This document shows, piece by piece, positions 8,287-19,898 of a stretch of 38,554 nucleotides of DNA. Location: positions 1 to 38,554 of the forward strand of contig UYFQ01000627.1 of assembly GCA_900617105.1 (NCBI GenBank). Reading direction: 5' to 3'. Source of the stretch: Hydrurus foetidus. Its lineage: Eukaryota. Below the pieces are notes generated by a model that was not told the origin of the DNA, did no database searches, and saw nothing but the letters and a program-made list of their open reading frames with translations. The first letter of the stretch is position 1; every line of letters begins with the position of its first letter. Made by a program: the position numbers and the translations under genes.

Positions 8287-10689
8287 AATTCAATTGGTCT
8301 AACGGAGTTAGATTCTCTATGGAACATAGAGACCAATTGAATTATCAAAATACCGTGAGAGATTAATTAATCTAAAAAAACGCAATTTATCGGTATTTTC
8401 AATTTTTATTTAAGAATATTTTAGAAGTTTTAAAGTTATATGTTTTAAATTTATAACTCATTTTTATCTTATTTAATCTTATTTTTTCGATACAAAAATT
8501 TAACAACTTTAAAGATATTTTAACACAATTTTTTAGATCATTTAAGATTTTTCTGTATTAAGATTTTACATTTTAACATTTTTTTTTTTTGGTACAATTT
8601 TTATATTTTATTTTCGATACAATTTTCGGTACAATTTTTTACATTTTCATTTTTCGATACAATTTTTACATTTTTTATAATTCATTATTTTTTAAGTTAT
8701 AAAAGATTTTCATTTCTTTTTTTAATCCGTCGCACAATAAACGCATTGACTGCTACCCACTCATGCGAGTCCAACCATAAATGATAACACTTTTTTATTT
8801 CGAGAAAAATGAAGAAAAATAGTAGTTTTTGTGTCTTTCGAAAAAATTAATTTGATTTAAAAAAATGAAGAATCGAATAACTGTTTGCGACAAAGAATAC
8901 CGATTAAAATCAATCTGTTCTATAATGAGCTACAATGTAATAAGTTACAATACAACCGGAAAATTCATTGGTGCTGTTGCTACTATTATTGCCAAAACTA
9001 AATTTATAAAAAAAGAGCTAATAAAAATTTGTTTTAGTCACAAAATCAAAACATTGAAATTAGGGGAAAACTGTAAATATGTTGAATACCCAGTTCTCGA
9101 ACAAGATATTTGTAATTGTATTAATGATGAATCTCGTGGTGTAAAAATCTTTTGAGGTAAATCTACGTCTGTAAATTATGTGATAAAATCGGTATTGGAA
9201 ACCGGAAAAATTAGCGGTGCTTTAATGCTTACCCCGCCTCGAATGTCTGTTGAACCAGATGAATGGTTCAGGTATCAATTCAGGTACTTAGGGATGGAAA
9301 TGTTGACCCAAAACGAACAATTATCAACTCTAATAGATGCGCCTACAAACAAACCATTCGTTATTGTGATAGACCAATGCGATAATTTTGATTTTAATGA
9401 TAAATTACGAAAGTTTATAAAAGTCCTCGCCGAGGATAGTCACAAAAGAAGAAATTATGTAGTTCTCGCCATATGCACTGATGCTGCGAAAGCAGCAACC
9501 ATGAGAGAATAGAACGGTGGTATAAAAATTAAATTGATAAATTATGAATATAATTCATATAAATTTTCTGTCCCACAGATAGAAAAATGGATAGAACATC
9601 ATCTCAAAGACCATAAGACAATAAAATCCTATCAATAACATTGTTCATAATAACAAGTTTAAAAACGCAGCAATAGTAGCGGGTACGGGTGATTTCCTCA
9701 TCACAAAGACGTGTCCAACAGAACACCAGTCAATTCACGAAATAGAGAATTCGTGGGTTGTGAAATCCAACTATTTAGGACAGATTTGGAAATCTGGACA
9801 ATTGTTGTCGTTAAGAAATATTAAATCTTCTTGGTGGTGGCGATAAAAGTTTTGTGCGTAGTGTGTGTGTATTGTCATTTTATTCAATTGTAATTAAGTA
9901 AATTTAGTAGTTTTTATTTTACACCAATATGTTGAGTGAAAATACATAAGTATTCTATGATTCAAATTTTGTGTTTTTCCTATTATATTTGTCCGTATTA
10001 GTGGTTTAATTTAACGTTTTTTTTGGCGAAAATGTATAGTTTAAGTGGTGTATTCTAACGTTATATATATCGTTAGAAATGATAAGAAATATGTTGCTTA
10101 AATATGAAGTGAAATATTATTTTGGGAAGTGAAAACAATTACATAAAAGTCAAGTTAGAAAAAATAAATGATACAAAGAATTTCCTTACCATAAAAGCAA
10201 TAAAAGTGCCATTTAAATTTCGTATCATAGTTTAAATAAATAAAAGTTTATAGTATCTAACCTTAACCGATTAGGAGAAAATTCACGATTAAAAAAAAGA
10301 AATGAAAATCTTTTATAACTTAAAAAATAATGAATTATAAAAAGTGTAAAAATTGTATCGAAAAATGAAAATGTACAAAATTGTACCGAAAATTGTATCG
10401 AAAATAAAATATAAAAATTGTATCAAAAGAAAAAATGTTAAAATGTAAAATCTTAATACAGAAAAATCTTAAATGATCTAAAAAATTGTGTTAAAATATC
10501 TTTAAAGTTGTTAAATTTTTGTATCGAAAAAATAAGATTAAATAAGATAAAAATGAGTTATAAATTTAAAACATCTAACTTTAAAACTTCTTAAATATTC
10601 TTAAATAAAAATTGAAAATACCGATAAATTGCGTTTTTGTAGATTAATTAATCTCTCACGGTATTTTAATAATTCAATTGGTCTAACGG
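8287..10689. mobile_element. Element with 398-bp inverted repeats and a T-shaped hairpin end
   Basis: 8330-8727 is the near-exact reverse complement of 10287-10684. 8287-8343 folds into a two-arm T hairpin. No target-site duplication found. Confidence 0.8.
8865..9640 (+). pseudogene. P-loop NTPase (AAA-like) pseudogene
   Basis: One reading frame through stops at 9153 and 9510: GVKIF*GKST (damaged Walker A), FVIVIDQCD (Walker B), MRE*NGGIKI. Confidence 0.7.
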
Positions 10690-11288
10690 CCAACAGCTCC
10701 GTAGAAGAAAACCGGAATTTGACGGGGCTCGAAGACAATCAGCGGAGGAAAGGGGCAGATTACCACGCGAGAATAGTCTATAATGTTCAATTTCATAACT
10801 GTGGAAAAGTAAACTATCAAATGCCCCAAGAAATTACCGATAATTAATGAAAAAATTTGCTAAAAAAACATTTCATTTCGAAGAACCTCGGTAATTGTAC
10901 CTCGAAAAGTTGGCATGGAAAGTAACGTTCGTACAATCTCGCCCGTAACCTCGGCCCATTTTTTCGTTAGTGGGTTAGGGTTAGGGTCAGGGCAAGGGGG
11001 TGTAGAAGAGAGAGGGGGCACTTTCAAGCTCCCGTCCCGCCCAGATTTTTCTCACCGTCTCCTCACTCAAGTTTCAAATACCCGATGGCAAGTGATAGCA
11101 GTAGCAGCGTTCGCATGCTATAATCACATAGGAAACAACCATCAGTCCTGCAACCACGATTTGAGAAGACGTGCGCTCTCTACAAACAAAGTGCTCACCT
11201 TAAGATGTGAGAATTTTATTGCTTTGGTATTTAATGACTGCAAAATTCTCCGCTATTACTATTGAATCTAAAAGACCAACATGACATT

Positions 11289-11920
11289 GAATCAGCCTCT
11301 GAAGCGCAACTGCACCACTTTCGTGTAGAGCTACTACAACATGATTTCTTGCAGTCGGCAAATTTGGTGCAGATGCGCTCGAGAAATAATAGTTTTCTGA
11401 CCTTCGTATTTTTTTGTCGCTACATTGCTTGGAACAGGTGGCGGCGATAGGAGCCACTACGAATCAGCGTCCAGGATTTCGGCAACTATATCATGCCAGA
11501 TATAAGCTACTTTTGCAGCTGTGTCGGTAATCTTAGGAGCAGTGCGGTCGATTTTGCTCGCTCGTAGAATTGTTGACTCATCGAAACCCGTGATTTTTGC
11601 ATTTAATCAGGTGTCGGCGACAAGAATCATCGCGATTGAGTAGCCAAGACTTTGGCAGCGACATCATGGTAGGTGTTTGTCGCTTTTGCCGCTATATGGA
11701 CTCACATCAGTGCTGTGAGGTCGATTTGGCATGTAGATTTATTGACTCATTGAAACTCATGATTCTTGCATTGAATCAGATGCCGACTGTAGGAACCATT
11801 GTGAATCGGCATCCAAGACTCAGCAACGATATTACAGTAGATTTTAGCTGCTTCTGTTGCTACGTGGGTGGTCATCAGAGCACCGCAGTCGATTTGGCTC
11901 TTAGAATAGTTGATACTGCA
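11289..11920. repeat. Degenerate ~171-bp tandem repeat (3-4 copies)
   Basis: GAATC(A/G)GC-like starts at about 11290, 11461, 11635 and 11803, with recurring GTCGATTT(G/T)GC and TTGA(C/T) blocks. Confidence 0.6.
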
Positions 11921-12201
11921 TACTCCTTACTCCTTTTGTAACGCGCATATGACACTTCTAGTAAAACCAAAAAAGTTCAAAAAAAATATGATACATTGTA
12001 ATCTTAATCTTTAAGCATTACTGCAAATTTTCAGAAAGTCTCTTAAAATTTTTAATGGTCAAATTGCATATCAAGACGTCTAAAATAGCCGCTACAGGGA
12101 CCAGTGATAACGTACGTAAGGGGAGAACGTACGTTCTTTTGGGTATTTTGTTTTTTCAAAATTCAGGTGGGGCTGGTGTGAGAATCCCTCTGAGTGGAAG
12201 A

Positions 12202-14604
12202 TGTTGATCATCGTACGTAACGTACAACTTCTCACAGCAGTTGGCAACAGCTTCAACACAGTACTTTCCACATCACCACATCATATCAGTAGTTAACTTA
12301 CTCTCACGCTCGTAAGTTAACTAGAACATTCGTACAAACAGTACCATTCGTTTTACCGAGTTTGATAGTGATATCAACAGTTCTAGTTTCTATCAACGAC
12401 AACCATGTCAGACACCACCTACAACACAAACTTACGTGACGACACCACCGCTATCTTCCTGATCGGAGACATGTACCACGCCTCGCTTCTTCAAGCATCT
12501 ACCATGACCAATGTCCACGAGCAGGGCCTCTATCAATTCGTGCAGCGCACAACTCTCTACAACGCCGACCCAGCGAACATCGTTGACAATACTATTTAGC
12601 CTAGACCAGGAAATCTCCGTCCAATTCTTGCTCAAGCTCCTACTGCCACAATTCTCTCCGTGTATAAAATCAATCTCGACGCCTACACATCGGTTGCCAA
12701 CGATATACGGACAATCGCTCAACATATCATCAATGGCCTCAGTCCGTCAGCCACTACAGCGCTCAATGCCCACGCAACCATCCATCCTAACATATTACGG
12801 CAACCATGGCAATTGTGGGATTACTTATTCGGCATTTACGGCAATTATACTGAACAGCAGATACAACCTATCAAAGACAAACTCAACTCACCGATCGCGG
12901 ACACGGACACTTTAGCTTCTCATGCGGTAACATTCCACCAGAACATTCTTTTCCTTGATCGCATTCACCAATCGCTATCACCGGTCGACCAGATGGCCGC
13001 TTACAGCCGCAGCCTAAGTGCAATCGCACAGTATGGTCAAGCAATTACATTATATAAAAGTTCTCAACCGCTCGCTGATCGTACCTTAATTCAAATGACA
13101 ACCTTCGTAGAGGCCCAAGCCCCCAACATGCCAACGCAGCCCTCTTCTCTGGGATATTCGGCAGCAGCCACGGCAGTACCATCCAACCGCCCAACGACAC
13201 CGAAAGCAGCAAATAATAATACATCACGCCAACATCGCCAATCAGGCACACTCTCGTACTACTACGTCCACGGGTATGGAGGTCACACCGGCACCAAATG
13301 CCGTGAAATGCTCAAGGATTCCAAGACGCACGATCATCAACATCTGATTGCTGATCAACGTGGCGCAACTGACAATCTGGCCAACGATTAGACCCTGCAA
13401 CTGATCTCGATGATGTAATTAAGCCACCGCCCATCGTCAGCATTTGTTCTTCTCTTCGGGCCACTTCTCCAACGGCATATGCCGACATTGGATGCACCCA
13501 TATACTGCTTCGGCAATCAGACGCCTCAACCGTGCGCATCAACGCTTCTACGCCACCACTAACGGTCAGTCTCCCGAACCACGAATCCATCACATCTATT
13601 GTGGCTTCATCACATTTCCGCACCTTTCGGCACCACTTGCGGTGTACATCTTCCCTGATACAACGCTGGAACATTCGCTGCTGAGTATATCGGCTTTCTG
13701 TAATCTCGGATGTACTGCGATCTTCACACATGATGCAGTAACTATCACAAAGGACAGCAACATTGTTGCAACTGCATACAAACGTTCACACGAAACTCTC
13801 TGGTGTATCGACGTACCGACGACGTGTCCCCCTATTGCTGCTGCCAATGCCGCCTTCGCACTCCCATCCGACAAAGATTTTGTCGCTTTCGCGCATGCGG
13901 CATTTGGTAGCCCTGCAATCTCCACATTCTCCAAAGCTATTGCGCGCGGCTACATATCCACTTTTCCTCGATTAACCTCTCGTCTGCTTCATGCACATCA
14001 TCCAAACGCTCTCGCAACAGCTCAAGGCCATTTAGATCAGCAAAGACAGGGTCAAGACTCTACACAACCATCCTCCACAGTTGTAACGTTCGCTACGGAC
14101 AACACAATTCCGAATCACCCGACATCACCGCGCACCAGTACCTATGTCAAGTGCATAACGACCTCTCACACTGCCCATTCCGATTTGACAGGAAGATTTC
14201 CCGTCGTCTCTAGGACAGGGAATCAGTATCTTCTTGTATCCGTCCTGGACAGCTATATTCACGCCGAACCTATGAAGTCATGTCATCATACAGAGTTCAT
14301 CAAGGCGTATGCAGCGACGATAAAGTGGTTCACGGATCTTGGTCACAAACCTGTATTTCAGCCGCTTGATAATGAAACTTCCATCCCGCTTGAATCGTTC
14401 ATCAAAAAGCTCGACATTTCTCTCCAGTACTGCCCGCCCAGCCAGCACCGAGCCCTGAAGGCAGAAAGAGCAATCCGGACTTTCAAGAATCACGCCATCA
14501 CCACATCATATCAGTAGTTAACTTACTCTCACGCTCATAAGTTAACTAGAACATTCGTACAAACAGTACCATTCGTTTTACCGAGTTTGATAGTGATATC
14601 AACA
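12202..14604 (+). mobile_element. Internally deleted Ty1/Copia LTR retrotransposon (diatom CoDi-like)
   Basis: 5' LTR 12202-12379 (TGTTGAT...ATCAACA); partial 3' LTR 14496-14604 equals 12271-12379 with one mismatch; 5-bp TSD GAAGA at 12197-12201 and 14605-14609. Confidence 0.93.
12405..14495 (+). pseudogene. Copia gag-protease-integrase remnant; RT and RNase H deleted
   Basis: Gag with in-frame stop at 12597 and a decayed knuckle (YYYVHGYGGHTGTKC); protease-like AYADIGCTH in another frame; integrase motifs HAAFGSP, SDLTGRFP, LDNE and AERAIRTFKNH. Confidence 0.88.
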
Positions 14605-14674
14605 GAAGAATGCCCCCTCTCTCTTTTATACCCCCTTGGTTCGGGCCCCTCGTGCGTTTCAGGAGTACGAAAAT

Positions 14675-17450
14675 CAAGTACGGGTCATATGTGCTGTACA
14701 GGTCAGATGTGCTATACAACATTTACCTGTAAAGTCTTGCAACACCGACTATCTCCAGAATATATAGCAATTTACCAGGCCCTTGAACGGCAAAAGTGAA
14801 TCGGCATGATTGTAGCTGTGGTCACTGCCGTTAGAGCCATGCAACCTCAAATTCGGTACGACATCCTCCTAATTTTTAGGAATTTTGAATCCTCAAAAAT
14901 GCCTGACCATTCGGAGCATGTCATATGAATCAACAGTGACTTCCATCTTGCACGTAGCATCATTTAAAAGTTGTCTCATGTACCATCATGTCTGATTATG
15001 CAGGTTGTTGGCCAATAGGTTGCTCCGTCAGTTGTGCGATGTCGTGGATGACATGCTCCACAGCTCAGTAGAAAGTCTTCACTAGGAAGCTGGTAGCTTC
15101 GGCATCAAAATAGCCAGAATTAGATAGTAAACTGTTCTATATTACGAGCGTTGCGTACGAAAAGGAAATGCAGGTAACACAAAACATTCATTCGATAGTT
15201 TGAATGCGCGTGAGCTACTTTTCGCAGACAGTCTGAAGAAGTTCTGACATTATCACACAATCAGGTTGGGTGCAGAATAGATTGCGACATTTCTTCTTTC
15301 TGCACCCAGTCCAAGCCTTCCTAGCATTTTTGTCACCTCTGGAAGCGCATGTGGGGTTGCTGCACTTGATGCCAGCTGGTTGAGCTGGTAATAGTGCAGC
15401 TACTGCTGCAGCTGGAGATCCATCGATGGGTGAGTCTCTCATAGCTACCCTAGCGTCATCCTCAGCAGCCTCAACAGGATTATTAATTCTCCACTCTTTC
15501 TCCATTGTGGCATTACAACAAACATCGTCCGTGATTGATGGCGCAGTCGTCCGATTTCCTAGAGCTGTCATCGAATTCCAGGAGGTGGCCAATTTCTCTC
15601 TAGATTTCAGAATCGAATAGGCGTCCTTTCTTGGCAAGCAGAGTTAACTCAGGTATCTTCCCCAGCACTTCGATTGCAACAGTAGATTTTAATTTTGACC
15701 ATCCCGACCACCCAGACATGATCGCATTGTTGTCTATTGGCCAAATGCCTGACTTCTTGTATCCGTCGATCACAACATCAGGAGCACAAGACTTCACCAG
15801 GCAGTCAGGAAGGAGGCAAAGCGCCTTCCAGGATCGAGGCTGCTACGGAGCAAGATCTCCTTCATCGGGATCATTACTTTGGGGACACGGAATTCTTCCT
15901 CGCACAGGTACTTATTCGACTTGTAGTATGCATGAATGTTGCAATGCATGCGACCCACATCATTGGGCTGTTGTACCATTGTTGACGCAGCCGCGAATTT
16001 GAATGCCTCGCAGTTTAAGTTGATCAAATCTGGCTTCAAATTTGTAGTCATTGCATGCATCTGCTCCTAGCATCCATCAATTGTAAGATGCATTTTCGAC
16101 TTCTTTACCAACTCCGCATTCAATTGAGCATCATCATCATCTTGCTCTGCAGGGAAATCAGGAGGGGTGAAGGTTTCGCGGAAGTGGTGGGTGGACCGGA
16201 CATGTGCCAAGAGTCTGTCTCGATACTTGCTCGCGACAGGTATGACTACCCGGCGCCACAACTTTGTCATCAGCATTGTTCCATCATACCCCGTTGGTAT
16301 GAGAAAGCAGTAGATAGTGTCTGTCATCTAAAGCAGTTGCATGAATGTGATGTTAGAATGTTTCTATCGTAAGGTGTCATAAATTTGAGTTCTGTTTTAC
16401 CTTGTAAGACTTCAGCTCTGTAAAGTTGTCGTCTTTGATCATCGCGATAACACACTCGATTTCGCCCTCAGCGTTTGTATCTGTGATTAGAGAGATTTGT
16501 CACGATCAATGTGTTCATTTTTGACGTGCTATGTAAATTATAATTAAACTTACTGATTCCGATTTTGAGAGTCCTACGCTTTCCTTGATTTCTGGTGGTA
16601 GCTGGAGTTAGATTTCTCTTCCGTAGTGTTTTAGCACCTTTAGCAGTCATGAGGAGTTTAACCTGCTTGCCGAAGCCATTCAGCTCTACGCTGAGCTCGT
16701 CCCAGCTATGAGTCTGCCGGCCATCATCAGCACCGTCGGCAACAGCATTCCAAGTGGCTGCACATGAAAGAGCATTTCGTGGATCAAGCAAGGCCCTCTG
16801 CCTGGACGCCCCCTCTCCTAATGCGGACTGGCGCCACTCTGCGCACTGCTCTCTTGTATGTGCTGTCGCTCACTACCGGTGGACATGACAGTGAATTGGA
16901 TCCTGATTCATCCTGCTCACTTCTCCGAAGCTGATCGATGCTCCTCAAAATCTCATGACTGGATGTCGCAGAATTTTTAGAAAGATCTTTGACCTCTGCA
17001 ATGCCTTGTGCGTTGCTGATGACATCATCGGAGATGATCAGTCTGCGACCCATCTTTTGGCGCTTTCGAGGACCATGCTCACGTTCATCCAAGAATCTGT
17101 GATACATGAAACGATCAGACAATCATCGTCCATACATGATAAAGGACTTTGAGAGACCTTTTCACTTTGCGCCGGGCAACATCATACAGTTTTGATGCCT
17201 TATTGAGAGTGATGTGACCTTCATCAAATAGAGCTACTGCGTTTTCAACTTTCGTTAGATCTGACAACGGAGGCTGAGGTGCCGATCTAGTAGAAGTCGG
17301 CATGATTCCTGTGAAGTTTCAATGAGTTCTATCGAGAGCTCGTTGAGATTATGGTGTCTATACAACTGCTACATGGAAAGTGTTGCAAGACTTTACAGGT
17401 AAATGTTGTACAGCACATCTGACCTGTACAGCACATATGACCCGTACTTG
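14675..17450 (-). mobile_element. pogo/Tigger/Fot1-like DNA transposon with 71-bp TIRs
   Basis: 14675-14745 and 17380-17450 are inverted repeats with one mismatch; AAAT flanks both sides. Confidence 0.9.
15215..17303 (-). pseudogene. DDE_1-family transposase, fragmented by stops, frameshifts and possibly introns
   Basis: Ordered minus-strand ORFs: N-terminal HTH (LNKASKLYDVARRKVKR), SWDE, LTIDG, QQPNDVG (QPLDV-like), GYKKSGIWP and a Cys-rich C-terminus. Confidence 0.8.
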
Positions 17451-17692
17451 AAATCGGTTCCGCGGCACGAAAAAATGGCCTCGTTTACGGTCTCGGTATT
17501 CATACGCCATACGCCATACGCGACCCCCCACAATAATGATGTCATTTCGCATTTCGTATCTGTTGAGGTGATTTCTAAACAAAGCGAGTGATTTCTCACT
17601 CGAACACGGATTGTAAAACAGAGGATATAGTCTACCACGCGCAATTGAGAGGAAAATATCTCACCAGAACGAAAATTTGAAGAGAGAAAGGT

Positions 17693-18898
17693 ATGGGTGC
17701 CGCCGCCAGCGTCGAAGTGATCGACAAAGATGGAAACGCTGTCGTCAAAGAATCTCAATCCCAAGTACTGCCGAAGTTCAATGAGAAGGACAGAATCGAC
17801 ATTTTTGCCAAGGAGATGTATCTCAGCTCTCCAAAAATAGATGCATTACAGCACGTACTCTCTGAGGAGGGAGGACGAGAGGCATTTATGAAGTTCTTGC
17901 GAACGGAGTACGCCGCAGAGAATTTAGACTTTTTCATCGTAAGTCACATGTCGCGCCACTTTCTATGAGTGCCGACATATTTAGCTTTACACAACTGTCC
18001 GATATTGTAGGCTGTCGACGCCATGAAGAAGTCCAACAGCCCCTCTGAGGTTGCTACACAAGCCGAAGTACTCGTATCCACTTATTTACAACCTGGATGT
18101 AACACCGAAGTTAACGTCTCGGATGAATTGCGTAAATCCATCACTGAAATGGTCGGCGATAACGCAGGAAAGGACGAGCTTATAATTGCGTTTGAGGCTG
18201 CTCAGGTCGAGACCGTGAAGATTATGGCAATGGGGGCGTTTCCACGTTTCCTGATGAGTGACGCTTTCAACGAATATCGTGCTAAAGAGGCCGCACTTGC
18301 ACAAGCAATGATTACCAGCAACAGCAGTGATCCTGCACTTGCTCCCGGTAACGAGCATATTCAGAGTCGGATGACGAAGGAACTTAACAAATTACTCGTC
18401 GGTACGTCGTGGCTTAACGGACTACTCGCATCCGTGGAGAACCTGCCGGTGTGCGTGTCTCTTGCAGCAGCGAACAAAGAAATGTCCGGCTTCCCATTGA
18501 TTTACGTCAACGCTGCATTCGAGAGCACCACTGGATATCCCAGATGCGAGATCATTGGGCAGAACTGTCGATTCCTCCAAATCGGCAAGAAGCCTGGACA
18601 CACCGCGGAGGTGGAGAGCATCGCACGCATGACAGCCGCTCTCAAAGAGGGAAGGCCCGTCAAAGTCGCGATAACTAACTTCAGAAAGGATGGATCCCCT
18701 TTCCGTAACTTACTGGCCATGAAACCGATCTTCGACAGTGAGGGTGGCTACGCTTTCGTTCTTGGGATACAGTTCGATATCGGTGTTGCAGATGCAAGCG
18801 CCAAGAAAATGAAGATTATCGACGATTTGTTTCGCGTACTACCGAACACAATTATGTCTGGAGCTGAAACTGATTTTCAGACCCCTGCGAAACCGTAA
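17693..18898 (+). CDS. RGS-LOV blue-light photoreceptor (helmchrome-related architecture), 377 aa, 2 exons
   Basis: Exons 17693-17938 and 18011-18898 with a 72-nt GT-AG intron in phase 0. RGS motifs FMKFLRTEYAAENLDF, EVNVS and FPRFL; LOV motif GQNCRFLQ, plus NFRKDG, FRN and GIQ. Confidence 0.93.
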
Positions 18899-19898
18899 TC
18901 TCGAATTTGCAGTTACAAACTCGCAGTTGCAAACTCGCGATTAGGTCTCTTCGCAGAATGCCCATCATTTGCATACGTATTTTATTTTACTTCTTACTTG
19001 ATCCTCCCAGCATTTGGTTTTCCTATTTATATACGCCAGGTGTTCCAGCATCGGAGATATGTGGCAAGAGACTCACCTCCATTTCCCGACATATTTTACG
19101 CATCTGACTCCAAGCAGAGGAATTTTGCCGCGTGATGTCATACCACAGCACGATCTCAACTACTAAGTTCTAGAGAGAACTTCCGAGACTGCCCTTGCTT
19201 TTAAGTCCGATGTATACGTGAAAAGTCTTATGTACTGCAAGACTATGGCGTCGACAAGTTACGAGCCCTGTAGTAGAAACAGTGCCTGATACATATACGA
19301 CTCGTATCTCATTAGTTAGCTTTACTTTCATATATGAGAAGTTTTATTGGTTGATATAATAAACGTTCAAGAAAGTGGTGACGTATTTTGACTGCGAGCA
19401 AGTGTAATGAAGGAAATCAATTAGCCTTCACAACTGGAAGTATTGGATGAATATCCAAATGATGCTTCCCTAGAGTTGAAGACATGTGCTGCCTAGCCTA
19501 GGCAGACTGTTCCATATCATATTGTTACCATGAAATCTGCATGCGGTGTCAATAACGCTCTATGCAGTCATCTGGGAACATGATCATATCTAAAGGCAAC
19601 TTTTAGGCTGACTTATGAGCATTGCCCGACGATTGAGGAACAGGTAGCGAATGGGCTTGACATGCAGGAATTAATTAGAGCTATCAGTAAATGCTCAGCG
19701 CAACAGCTATAGACGAAAAGTTTCCGAATATCATGGATTTACTAGCATAGAGTTAGTAGCGTATAAATCATATATAGCATGTACAGGGCCGGTCAATCAA
19801 GCATTAGTATACTACAGGTTGAGTGCAGGAATCAGATACCGGTTATGACTCGCGAATTTACAATTTATACAATTGAACTACGTGCGTCTGGTAGCATT

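Larger units (their letters stand above)
10993..14638. mobile_element. Putative non-autonomous DNA transposon with 28-bp TIRs, interrupted by a Copia
   Basis: CAAGGGGGTGTAGAAGAGAGAGGGGGCA (10993-11020) matches the reverse complement of 14611-14638 at 26/28 positions. No transposase ORF and no matching TSD. Confidence 0.65.

Noticed and set aside
8287..10689. Bona fide endogenous parvovirus
   Set aside because: No NS1 HUH, SF3 helicase or capsid motifs; only the terminal geometry is similar.
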